From positions 14,284 through 78,283 of the forward strand of contig LCCP01000002.1 of the NCBI GenBank assembly GCA_000997945.1: DNA of 64,000 nucleotides. The letters run 5' to 3'. The stretch's first letter is position 1. Each line of letters starts with the position of its first letter. Position numbers and translations under genes: made by a program. Below, one piece after another: positions 45,284 through 53,699 of this stretch. The notes below the pieces were generated by a model, which ran no database searches, was not told the DNA's origin, and saw nothing but the letters and a program-made list of their open reading frames with translations. This stretch comes from Parcubacteria group bacterium GW2011_GWC2_42_12. GTDB taxonomy: Bacteria > Patescibacteriota > Patescibacteriia > Patescibacteriales > GWC2-42-12.

Positions 45284-45826
45284 ATGAATACACTGACAGC
45301 AACGAATGTTTTTCGACTTAGGTCGCCAGAGGAACCAGACATGCCTGGTTTAATCTTGCGTCGGCGGGTAGAGGGCATTAATCGAAGATGCCAACCCCAG
45401 AAAATCATCACCAGCAGGTTTAAGGCCGTGGCTGGCTATTTGTCGCTGGTTGACACCCTGCCTTTAAGTCGGGGAGCCGAAGCGGTGGAGCTACACTATT
45501 TTCATCCTCATGAACAGCTCTCCGATCTCGAACTTCAGCTTGCGTTATCGTCTGGCGGATTATCGTCTGATCCGCTAGCTCAACTCTGGGACAATATCAA
45601 TCACCCGGAGTTCTCTAAAGCCCACCCCAACGGCTTCCATTGGCCAGATAGCCGCGGGTGGCGTTTCATGGCTTTTTATTGGTCTGAAGAAAAGCCATGT
45701 GTGACGGTAGACCAGCATAATAATGACCAGGATTGGCTTAAATCGTTCTGGTTCGCTGGTGTTCTTCAACCAGTCTCATTGTTTCGGCCGTCATTGCTTT
45801 ACCGATTACTTCTTTTGCGCCACTAG
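45284..45826 (+). CDS. hypothetical protein with atypical composition (GC ~50%, Trp-rich) and a strong AAGGAGGA ribosome-binding site
   Basis: 180-aa ORF; AAGGAGGAAGATCA-ATG is unlike most genes in the window, which lack an SD. Confidence 0.3.
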   Translation: MNTLTATNVFRLRSPEEPDMPGLILRRRVEGINRRCQPQKIITSRFKAVAGYLSLVDTLPLSRGAEAVELHYFHPHEQLSDLELQLALSSGGLSSDPLAQLWDNINHPEFSKAHPNGFHWPDSRGWRFMAFYWSEEKPCVTVDQHNNDQDWLKSFWFAGVLQPVSLFRPSLLYRLLLLRH

Positions 45827-45851
45827 GGCGCTCTTCATCTTCACGCCTCGC

Positions 45852-45884
45852 GGACATTTCGCGGGGCTTCTTTTTATATAAAAT
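45852..45884 (+). terminator. intrinsic terminator CCTCGCGgacatttCGCGGGG + CTTCTTTTT
   Basis: 7-bp GC stem followed by a T-rich tract after 45284..45826. Confidence 0.4.
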
Positions 45885-45980
45885 CAGGCAAATTGTTTTT
45901 TTATATATAACTTGTTATAATATGAGTGGACAAAAGTCGGGCAATGTTCTAAGCTTATCAGATAATCAATAGTAATTTTT

Positions 45981-46544
45981 ATGGTAAAAAACTTTTTTGC
46001 TTATGTTTTTGAATTAGTTAAGGTAGTAGTGATTTCTTTAGCCATTATTATTCCGATAAGATATTATTTGATTCAGCCCTTTTACGTCAAAGGCGCTTCC
46101 ATGGAACCGAATTTCTATGATAAGGAGTATTTAATTATTGACGAAATTAGCTATCGTTTTCATGAGCCGGCTAGAGGGGATATCGTAGTTTTTCGCTATC
46201 CCAGAAATCCGGAAGAATTTTTTATAAAAAGAGTCATCGGTTTGCCCGGAGAGAGAATTCAGGTTAAAGACGGGTTTATTTATATTTATAATCAAGAGCA
46301 TCAAGACGGCGCTCAGCTGGCAGAGAAATATTTGCCGGCAGATTTAAGGACTTATGCTTTGAATGATGAAATTACAACCTTAAACGATGGCGAGTATTAT
46401 GTTTTAGGCGATAACCGCAACTCGTCAAAAGATTCCCGGAGTTTCGGCGCGGTCGATAAAAAATTTATTACCGGCAAGGCGCTATTGCGCGGTTGGCCGT
46501 TTAATCGGATAGATGTTTTTTCCGCGCCGCAGTATAGCTACTAA
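45981..46544 (+). CDS. lepB: signal peptidase I
   Basis: N-terminal TM; VKGASMEPNF (catalytic Ser box), RGDIVVF, FIKRVIGLPGE (Lys box), VLGDNRNSSKDSR. Confidence 0.85.
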   Translation: MVKNFFAYVFELVKVVVISLAIIIPIRYYLIQPFYVKGASMEPNFYDKEYLIIDEISYRFHEPARGDIVVFRYPRNPEEFFIKRVIGLPGERIQVKDGFIYIYNQEHQDGAQLAEKYLPADLRTYALNDEITTLNDGEYYVLGDNRNSSKDSRSFGAVDKKFITGKALLRGWPFNRIDVFSAPQYSY

Positions 46545-46558
46545 AAAATTATAATAGC

Positions 46559-46687
46559 TTGCCATTGCGAGCTTCTGTAAGAAGCGAAGTAATCTCACGA
46601 ACGAATAGTATAAATCAAAATGGCGATTTTTAATTAATATTTGTTGTCTGTGAGATTGCTTCGTCGCGAACGCTCCTCGCAATGACA
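46559..46687. repeat. MITE-like nested-palindromic repeat, short subtype-2 copy M
   Basis: GCCATTGCGAGCTTCTGTAAGAAGCGAAGTAATCTCACGAACGAATAG...GTCTGTGAGATTGCTTCGTCGCGAACGCTCCTCGCAATGACA. Confidence 0.7.
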
Positions 46688-46696
46688 TAATATGTT

Positions 46697-48085
46697 ATGC
46701 CAAAAATGTTTAAGAAAAAAGAAGAAGAAAAAGTTTTTAAGGTTAGGCGCGGTAAGTTTGTTTCTCGCCTGCGGGGGATGAAAGATATTCTGCCGGATGA
46801 GTATAAATATTGGAATTTAGTCATTAAAAAAGCTTCGGAATTATCCAAGGCCTATGGCTTTAGGCGCGTTGATACGCCGGTTTTAGAGAGCTGGGAATTA
46901 TTTGAACGTTCCAGCGGCCGCAGTTCGGATGTTGTGACTAAGGAGATGTTTTCTTTTATTGATAAAAATAATGATAAGATCGCGCTCCGGCCGGAAGCGA
47001 CTCCGGGAATTGTCCGGGCCTACATTGAACATGGCATGTTTAACCTGCCGCAGCCGGTAAAATTGTTTTGGCTCGGTCCGGTCTTTAGGCATGATAAGCC
47101 GCAAGCCGGGCGTTTCCGGCAATTCAGCCAATTTAATTTAGAAAATATCGGCGAGCCCAGCCCGGTGGCCGATGCCGAATTGATCGCCGTCACTTATTAT
47201 TTTTTCCGCGAGCTGCAGATTGACGTCACTATTCAGATTAACAGCATCGGCTGCCCTTTATGCCGCAAGGATTATTTAGTAAAATTGGAAAATTTCTATA
47301 AAGAGCGCGGACGCCGAGTTAAATTATGCCATGATTGCAAAAAGAGGTTGATTAAAAATCCTTTGCGTTTGCTTGATTGCAAAGAAAAGCTTTGCGTGGA
47401 AATGGCTTCTGAGGCGCCGCAAATTGTTGACGGGCTGTGCGATGATTGCCGCAACCATTTTATAAAAGTTTTGGAATATTTGGATGAGCTGGATATGCCA
47501 TATAATTTACATTCAACCCTGGTCAGGGGTTTGGATTATTATAACCGCACGGTCTTTGAAATTTGGCCGACGCCGGCGGAAAGCCAAGCGACTAAGTCAG
47601 CCGATGCGGCAGCGCCTAAGAAGGATGAACTGCCCAGGCAAGCCGCTTTGGGCGGTGGCGGCCGCTATGACGGTTTGGTAGAATACATGGGCGGACGGCC
47701 AACCCCGGCTTGCGGTTTCGCTATCGGCTTAGAAAGAGTGATTTTAAAAATCAAAGAAAAAAATATTCCTTTGCAAGACGAGGAAAAAGGCGATATCTTT
47801 TTAGCCCAGCTAGGCGATCAGGCCAGAAGGAAGATTATGAAGTTATTTGAAGTTTTGCGCAAAGCCGGCTTTAACACGCGCCAAGCGTTTACTAAGGACA
47901 GCTTAAAGAGCCAATTGGAAATAGCCAATAAAATGGGAGTAAAATACACTTTGATTTTAGGCCAGAAAGAAATTATGGACGGCACCATTTTAATTCGCGA
48001 TATGGAATCCGGCATTCAGGAGATAATTGATTATAAGAAGATTGTGGCGGAAATTGAAAAAAGATTAGGCAATCCAGCCAAGTAA
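46697..48085 (+). CDS. hisS: histidine--tRNA ligase
   Basis: MKDILPDE motif 1 region, RPEATPGIVRAY, GGGGRYDGL motif 3, C-terminal anticodon-binding domain; Cys-rich insertion (CPLC...CHDC...CDDC). Confidence 0.85.
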   Translation: MPKMFKKKEEEKVFKVRRGKFVSRLRGMKDILPDEYKYWNLVIKKASELSKAYGFRRVDTPVLESWELFERSSGRSSDVVTKEMFSFIDKNNDKIALRPEATPGIVRAYIEHGMFNLPQPVKLFWLGPVFRHDKPQAGRFRQFSQFNLENIGEPSPVADAELIAVTYYFFRELQIDVTIQINSIGCPLCRKDYLVKLENFYKERGRRVKLCHDCKKRLIKNPLRLLDCKEKLCVEMASEAPQIVDGLCDDCRNHFIKVLEYLDELDMPYNLHSTLVRGLDYYNRTVFEIWPTPAESQATKSADAAAPKKDELPRQAALGGGGRYDGLVEYMGGRPTPACGFAIGLERVILKIKEKNIPLQDEEKGDIFLAQLGDQARRKIMKLFEVLRKAGFNTRQAFTKDSLKSQLEIANKMGVKYTLILGQKEIMDGTILIRDMESGIQEIIDYKKIVAEIEKRLGNPAK

Positions 48086-48095
48086 TATTTTCGCT

Positions 48096-48229
48096 TGTCA
48101 TTGCGAGCGACTGTAAGGAGCGAAGCAATCTCGCGAACGGCAAAGAATAGCTATAATTAGTGTGGCGAGATTAATGAAATATAATCATACGTGAGATTGC
48201 TTCGTCGCAGAAGCTCCTCGCAATGACAA
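48096..48229. repeat. MITE-like nested-palindromic repeat, subtype 2, copy N
   Basis: TGTCATTGCGAGCGACTGTAAGGAGCGAAGCAATCTCGCGAACGGCAAAGAATAGCTATAATTAG...CATACGTGAGATTGCTTCGTCGCAGAAGCTCCTCGCAATGACA. Confidence 0.75.
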
Positions 48230-48259
48230 ATACTATAATCTAGGAAGGTAGGTGGATTT

Positions 48260-48496
48260 ATGGCAGAATTTAAAAGGAAAAAGGGTGAAAGTTTTGAAAG
48301 CTTCTTGAGAAGATTCAACAAGAAAATGCAACAAAGCGGTAAGTTATACTTGGCCCGCCAGATTCAGCATGTTCAGCCAAAAATCAATAAAACGCAGCAG
48401 CAAAAGCGCGCTTTAGTGGGGATGAAGCTAAAATCAAACCGGGAATATTTAAAGAAAATCGGCAAACTAAAAGAAGAGCCCAGGAAGCATTGGTAA
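48260..48496 (+). CDS. rpsU: 30S ribosomal protein S21
   Basis: ESFESFLRRFNKKMQQSGKLYLARQ resembles the bS21 signature (E.F..ALRRFKR...G.L.E.R). Confidence 0.65.
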   Translation: MAEFKRKKGESFESFLRRFNKKMQQSGKLYLARQIQHVQPKINKTQQQKRALVGMKLKSNREYLKKIGKLKEEPRKHW

Positions 48497-48507
48497 ATAT
48501 TTTTAAT

Positions 48508-48688
48508 TGTCATTGCGAGTCCCGACGCTTTGGTTGGGACGAAGCAATTTCACGAACGGCCAAGAATAATCATAATTATATTATAGCGAAGTTTAATGGA
48601 ATGTAGATATGCGTGAGATTGTCATGGCTACGCCAGATCTCGCGTAGCGATGACCGCGTCGGACGAGTACGGCCTCCTCGCAATGACA
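48508..48688. repeat. MITE-like nested-palindromic repeat, subtype 2, copy O (inner modules in inverted order)
   Basis: TGTCATTGCGAGTCCCGACGCTTTGGTTGGGACGAAGCAATTTCACGAACGGCCAAGAATAATCATAATTAT...CGTGAGATTGTCATGGCTACGCCAGATCTCGCGTAGCGATGACC...CCTCCTCGCAATGACA. Confidence 0.75.
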
Positions 48689-48699
48689 GCGTAAAATAT

Positions 48700-49149
48700 A
48701 TGGCTAAATTATTAGAACAAATTAGTCAAGATTTAAAGCAAGCCATGAAAGCGAGAGAAGCCGAGACCATGTCCGTTTTAAGAATGTTGATCGCAGCCGC
48801 GCGCAATAAAGAAATAACTTTACGGAAAAATGGCAAAGCCGAATTGTCGGACGAGCAGGCTGTTGAAGTTATCGCCAGCGAAATTAAGAAGCGCCGAGAC
48901 TCCGTCGCAGCTTATACTCATGGCAACCGACCCGAGCTAGCCGATAAGGAAAGCGCGGAAATAAAGATTATAGAAAAATACTTGCCCGAACAACTAGGCG
49001 ATGAAGATCTGGAAAAGGTGATTAAAGAAGTAATTGCCACTGGCGCTACGGATTACGGCAGGGTCATGGGCCAAACCATGGCTAAGGTCAAGGGCAAGGC
49101 CTCGGGCGTGAAAGTCGGGGAGTTAGTGAAAAAATTATTGGCGAAATAA
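48700..49149 (+). CDS. yqeY: GatB/YqeY domain protein
   Basis: Start trimmed to Met outside the repeat (track ORF begins inside copy O); MAKLLEQISQDLKQAMKAREAETMSVLRMLIAA typical YqeY N-terminus. Confidence 0.75.
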   Translation: MAKLLEQISQDLKQAMKAREAETMSVLRMLIAAARNKEITLRKNGKAELSDEQAVEVIASEIKKRRDSVAAYTHGNRPELADKESAEIKIIEKYLPEQLGDEDLEKVIKEVIATGATDYGRVMGQTMAKVKGKASGVKVGELVKKLLAK

Positions 49150-49161
49150 ATCGTGATATAT

Positions 49162-49211
49162 AAAAAAACAATCCAGCCCCAGTTTAAAAAACTGGAGCTG
49201 GATTGTTTTTT
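49162..49211. terminator. bidirectional intrinsic terminator (CAATCCAGCCCCAGTTT-aaaaa-ACTGGAGCTGGATTG flanked by A7/T7)
   Basis: Near-perfect 16-bp stem between convergent yqeY and rel; the same CCAGC(C/T)CCAGTTT hairpin occurs inside repeat copy K. Confidence 0.7.
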
Positions 49212-49219
49212 TATATTTT

Positions 49220-50689
49220 CTATTTTATATTCGGCAACAACCTCTTGATGTTATCTATCATGGTATTTTTTAAATTTTGCTTGATTTTATCTCGGGCCGT
49301 GGAGGTTTTAACGAATTTAAGCCAGTCGCGGTTCGGTCCCTGACGTTTCTTTTCCGTAATTATTTCTACTAAATCGCCGTTTTTTAGCTCGGCATCCAGG
49401 GGCATAATTTTATCATTAACCATGGCGCCAACCGCTTGATTGCCGATGGCCGTGTGCACGGTGTAAGCGAAATCAATCGGCGTGGCGCCCTCGGGCAGAT
49501 CAAAGACATCGCCCTTGGGCGAAAAAACAAAAATTCGGTCATGGAAAATATTGAATTTTATTTGTTTGATGAAGTCGTGCGCGTCTTCGGTTTCTTTTTG
49601 GATTTTTAAAACTTCTTTGATCCAGGCCGGCTGGGTTCTTAGACTATTGTCGCCCTTGGTTTTCATTTTGTAATACCAATGGGCGGCGATGCCGTACTTG
49701 GCCCCTTCGTCCATCTCCTTAGTCCGGATTTGAAATTCGGTGGGTTTGCCTTCGGGCCCGAAAACCGTGGTATGAAGTGAGCGGTAACCGTTTGGCTTAG
49801 GCACGGCGATGTAATCTTTAAAACGATCTGGGTTCGGGCGCCAGAGCGAATGGATCAGCCCTAAGACTTTATAGCAATTAGCGATATCGGGGACAATAAC
49901 TCTTAAAGCGAAGACATCATAGATCTCGTCAAATTTCCGATTCTTTTTTTGCATTTTTTGGTGAATGCTGTAAAGCGGTTTAAAGCGGCTATCTAACTCA
50001 TAAGGAGTGCCGGCTTCGCGGAGCTTAGCGCTTAGGATATTTTTAACTTTTTGAATATATTGATTATTGGCAAACTTTTTTTTCACTTCATAGATATATT
50101 CAAGCTTCTTGTACTCTTCCGGGGAAAGATGCTGAAAGCAGAGATCTTCCATTTGCCATTTTAACCGCCAGATACCAAGGAGGCCGGCGATAGGAGCATA
50201 AATCTCCAAAGTTTCTTTGGCGATGCGCTGCCGTTTTTCCAGCGGCAGAGATTTTAAAGTTTTAAGATTGTGCAAGCGATCGGCAAATTTAATTAAGATT
50301 ACTCGGAGGTCGCGAGCCATGGCCAGAAACATCTTGCGCAAACTCTCGCGATAGCGTTCAACGCCGCGGTATTTGATTTTACTTAATTTGGTAATACCCT
50401 CTACCAATGTGGCTACTTCGGAACCGAAATTTTTTTTAATGTCCGCCAAGCCGTACTCGGTGTCCTCGGGGATGTCATGTAATAGACCGGCCATGACGGT
50501 TGCCAGGTCGGCTTTAATTTGCGCTAAAACAAAGGCCGTGTGCAAGCAGTGCTGGATATAGGGTTCGCCATTTTTTCTTTTTTGTCCGCCATGAGCTTTA
50601 AGCGCGAATTCAAACGCCAACTCCAGCATGGTAGTATCCGCTTTAGGGTGATTTTCTTTAAATTTATTAATGATTTGATTTATGGTCAT
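49220..50689 (-). CDS. rel: (p)ppGpp synthetase/hydrolase, RelA/SpoT family (HD + synthetase + TGS; no ACT domain)
   Basis: HD motif (HCLHTAFVLA...LLHDIPEDT), RelA_SpoT synthetase block (YRSLHTTVFGP), TGS (IFVFSPKGDVFDLPEGATPIDFAYTVHTAIG). Confidence 0.85.
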   Translation of the reverse strand: MTINQIINKFKENHPKADTTMLELAFEFALKAHGGQKRKNGEPYIQHCLHTAFVLAQIKADLATVMAGLLHDIPEDTEYGLADIKKNFGSEVATLVEGITKLSKIKYRGVERYRESLRKMFLAMARDLRVILIKFADRLHNLKTLKSLPLEKRQRIAKETLEIYAPIAGLLGIWRLKWQMEDLCFQHLSPEEYKKLEYIYEVKKKFANNQYIQKVKNILSAKLREAGTPYELDSRFKPLYSIHQKMQKKNRKFDEIYDVFALRVIVPDIANCYKVLGLIHSLWRPNPDRFKDYIAVPKPNGYRSLHTTVFGPEGKPTEFQIRTKEMDEGAKYGIAAHWYYKMKTKGDNSLRTQPAWIKEVLKIQKETEDAHDFIKQIKFNIFHDRIFVFSPKGDVFDLPEGATPIDFAYTVHTAIGNQAVGAMVNDKIMPLDAELKNGDLVEIITEKKRQGPNRDWLKFVKTSTARDKIKQNLKNTMIDNIKRLLPNIK

Positions 50690-50786
50690 GGTTATTTGCT
50701 TTTGTTAGGTTGTTGATGTTATAATATTATTACAAAACTGTGGAGAAGTCAAAGAGAATGATAAGGATAAAATTATTATTTTTCCC

Positions 50787-53618
50787 ATGCTTACTCGGCC
50801 AAAATATCCTAGAATTTTGCAGCTAGCTGTCTATTTGTTTATCGCGACAACAGCTATTTTTTTATTGGTCCCGCTAAGCGGGATTTTAGCCGCTAATCTG
50901 GATGTTGGCTTAGAGTACGCGGCCGGCACCGGTTTAAGCAATGCTTTAGACATTAGAATAATAATCGCTCGGATTATTAGGATTGCTCTGGGCTTTTTAG
51001 GCATCATCGCGGTGGGCCTAGTTATGTATGCCGGCTTCCTGTGGATGACCAGCGGCGGCAATGAAGAAAAGATTGAGCAGGCGAAAAAGATATTGCAAAA
51101 CGCGGTTATCGGCTTAATTATCATTCTCATCTCTTTCGCGATCGTCAGTTTTATTTTAAATCTACTGATCGGCGCGACCACTGGCGGCCAGAACGGTCCG
51201 GGTAGCGGGCCACCAAGTCGTTACGGCTTATCGGCTTTAGGCAATGGCATTATTCAATCGCATTACCCGGCTCGTGATCAGAAAGAAGTGCCGCGGAATA
51301 CCAGCATTATTATTTCGTTTAGGGAACCGATGAAAGCCGATACTTTATGCGTTAATCCTATCTCTCAAGGGACAGGCAATCCAGATAAATGTGAAGGGGA
51401 TAAAAATACAACCAAGGGCGATATTAATACAAGTGTAATTGGGATTTTTAAGAAAAGCGACGAAGATAAGTGTATCGATAATAATTTGCCTTTAGCTAGC
51501 TGTCCTTCTTTTGTCAGCGCTGAAGTTTATTCGACTCCTGACGGCAAAACTTTTGTTTTCGTGCCGAATAACTATTTAGGTTCGCCCTCGGAATACATTA
51601 ATTATACGGTTTATTTAGGCAAGGGCTTATTAAGACAGACAGGAGATTTGGCTTTTCCCAGCGGATTTGCAAAAGATTATGGCTGGAGTTTTGAAGTAAG
51701 CAATAAAATTGATTTGACGCCGCCGCAAGTTAACCCGAACGGCGTGTTTCCTCCGCCGGATAATCTAAAAGACATAACGGTGCCGGGAGTCGGCGCGCAA
51801 GCAAGAGGCACGATTATGGTTAATTCGCCGCGGTTTTATAGCGGCGCTTCGGTGTCTGGCATAACTCCGGCAGCCAGCGTGAGTATTAGTGAAAATTGCC
51901 AACAAGATGGAGATTTTAGCATAAATATTGCCAGTATTGCCAATGGTTTGGTTGCCACTCTATACCAAGGCACTTTTGATCCTAATAATCCGATTAATTT
52001 CATTAAGCTTGGTCAAGGAGTAATTAATGGTCAAACTGTTACTTTTTCTTCATGCAATCTAAGATTAACGATTGGCTCCGGTAATTTTGGCGCAGGAAAT
52101 TTATGGACATTTACTATAAATCCGATGATCACCGCCGATACCATAACCGTTGGCAATATAACTTATACTGCCAGCGACGCATCAGGGATCAATAATTTTG
52201 TAGTCGGATCAACAAATTTGACTACCGCTCAGAACATAAGGAATGTTTTAGGAGCCAATCCGGAGGTGGACATAGTGGTCGGAACGGATGATGTCGTTAC
52301 CATTAAAGCTAAACTCGCCGGCGCGGCCGGTAATAGCATCAATTTATCAAGCAGTAATGCCACGAGACTGCCGGTCGTTGCTATGGACGGCGGAGCCGAC
52401 AAAGTAGATAGGGTGACGGTTAACGGCAAAAAAGATCAACCCATGAACTCGGCTCTGCAGATTAATTTCAATGAAGCCATCATGCCGTTAACGGTTTCCG
52501 GCACCAGCGCCGAAGTTAAAGATTTTATTAGAGTGGTTAATGAAGGAGGGACTAAAATCGCCGGAGTAGTATGTACGGAAAATTATGAGTGCTTGTCTTA
52601 TAGATGCGAAGGATCGTCTGGCAATAAAGCATGTGTTACTAGCGATGCTCTAAAATCGGATGGCGATTCCTGTCAGTCTGACGGACAATGTTTATCGTAT
52701 AAATGTGAAAGTAGTAAATGCGTTGGTGATTCTTTGGCTGGCAAATTCGCGGTTTCCAATCAATATCAGACGGTGGAATTTTTATCCGATAAAGAGTGCG
52801 GTTTTAATTCCTGCGGCGAGAAGATTTATTGTTTGCCGGCCAATAGCCATTTAAGGGTTGAATTAAAAGCAGCCAAACTGGTTGACTGCGGCACTGACAA
52901 TTGCGCCAGCAAGAGCCCTTTTAATACTTGCGATTCGGGCAAACCGGCCTGTAAAGATGCCAATGATAAATATTATCCTCAGGCAGATCCGGCCAAGCTT
53001 ACGACGGTTGACGGCGGTATAACCGACGCGGCTTTTAATTCTCTGGATGGCAATCGTGACGGTTCGGCTTATGGTCCGGCGAGTTTTTATAATGAAAATA
53101 TACCGCCAACGGTACCGCCAGCGACTGACGGAGATAATTTTAAATGGTCATTTTTCATCAGTGATGTGCTTGATTTAATTCCGCCGAAGATCAAAGACAC
53201 GATACCAATATTAAAGGATCCGTTGCCGGTTAATTTAACTGACAGGATTACTATCAGCTTTGATAAAGTTATGTTGTCGTCACGCCTAACTACCGGAAGT
53301 TTAATGATTAAAAATGGCCAGCAGAATATACAACATTATTTGCTTAATTTAAGAAACCTTGCTGATCAACCCGTGGGCTATTGGGCGACCAATCTCGGGC
53401 AACTTAACGGAACCGGAGAGATAATTTCCACTGACGCCTATATCAATCATTCCTCATTTAACGCCAGTTCAACTTATAAAGCGCAAGCCGGCTCGGGCTT
53501 AAAGGATATTTATCAAAATTGTTTCTTGCCTTGCGCCAGCGAGTCTGGTGTTTGCGCCGGAGTTGATAGCCAAGAGCCATGCTGTTGCAATGGCACTCCG
53601 GCCGCGAGCTGTCCATAG
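50787..53618 (+). CDS. large secreted Cys-rich surface protein (943 aa) with VirB2/TrbC-like N-terminal membrane module
   Basis: N-terminal signal anchor + hairpin IIRIALGFLGIIAVGLVMYAGFLWMTSGGNEEKIEQAKKILQNAVIGLIIILISFAIVSFIL; extracellular region with paired Cys motifs (CLSYRCEGSSGNKACV, CLSYKCESSKCV). Confidence 0.6.
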   Translation: MLTRPKYPRILQLAVYLFIATTAIFLLVPLSGILAANLDVGLEYAAGTGLSNALDIRIIIARIIRIALGFLGIIAVGLVMYAGFLWMTSGGNEEKIEQAKKILQNAVIGLIIILISFAIVSFILNLLIGATTGGQNGPGSGPPSRYGLSALGNGIIQSHYPARDQKEVPRNTSIIISFREPMKADTLCVNPISQGTGNPDKCEGDKNTTKGDINTSVIGIFKKSDEDKCIDNNLPLASCPSFVSAEVYSTPDGKTFVFVPNNYLGSPSEYINYTVYLGKGLLRQTGDLAFPSGFAKDYGWSFEVSNKIDLTPPQVNPNGVFPPPDNLKDITVPGVGAQARGTIMVNSPRFYSGASVSGITPAASVSISENCQQDGDFSINIASIANGLVATLYQGTFDPNNPINFIKLGQGVINGQTVTFSSCNLRLTIGSGNFGAGNLWTFTINPMITADTITVGNITYTASDASGINNFVVGSTNLTTAQNIRNVLGANPEVDIVVGTDDVVTIKAKLAGAAGNSINLSSSNATRLPVVAMDGGADKVDRVTVNGKKDQPMNSALQINFNEAIMPLTVSGTSAEVKDFIRVVNEGGTKIAGVVCTENYECLSYRCEGSSGNKACVTSDALKSDGDSCQSDGQCLSYKCESSKCVGDSLAGKFAVSNQYQTVEFLSDKECGFNSCGEKIYCLPANSHLRVELKAAKLVDCGTDNCASKSPFNTCDSGKPACKDANDKYYPQADPAKLTTVDGGITDAAFNSLDGNRDGSAYGPASFYNENIPPTVPPATDGDNFKWSFFISDVLDLIPPKIKDTIPILKDPLPVNLTDRITISFDKVMLSSRLTTGSLMIKNGQQNIQHYLLNLRNLADQPVGYWATNLGQLNGTGEIISTDAYINHSSFNASSTYKAQAGSGLKDIYQNCFLPCASESGVCAGVDSQEPCCCNGTPAASCP

Positions 53619-53657
53619 AAATTAATTCAAAGTGGCAGGATTTAAGCAAAATTTTAT

Positions 53658-53699
53658 GTTCGTGAGATTGCTTCGTCGCTGCCGCTCCTCGCAATGACA
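53658..53699. repeat. partial repeat (right half) overlapping the start codon of the giant gene
   Basis: GTTCGTGAGATTGCTTCGTCGCTGCCGCTCCTCGCAATGACAAA; the ATG of 53694.. lies within CAATGACA. Confidence 0.55.

Noticed and set aside
45284-45826. tmRNA or RNase P RNA in the GC-richer region
   Set aside because: No tag-peptide reading frame ending ALAA-stop and no GGGG..., no GGAAAGUCCGG (P4) and no T-arm/CCA end; a protein ORF with a strong RBS explains it better.
46482-46688. Small ORFs on the track that begin or end in repeats (46482..46688, 53458..53700, 21338..21538, 21303..21602, 41471..41758, 18857..19066)
   Set aside because: They are translations of the palindromic repeats (recurrent MSLRGAA(A)TKQSH / CHCERxxxxLTNGKE peptides) or antisense to real genes; no independent coding evidence.
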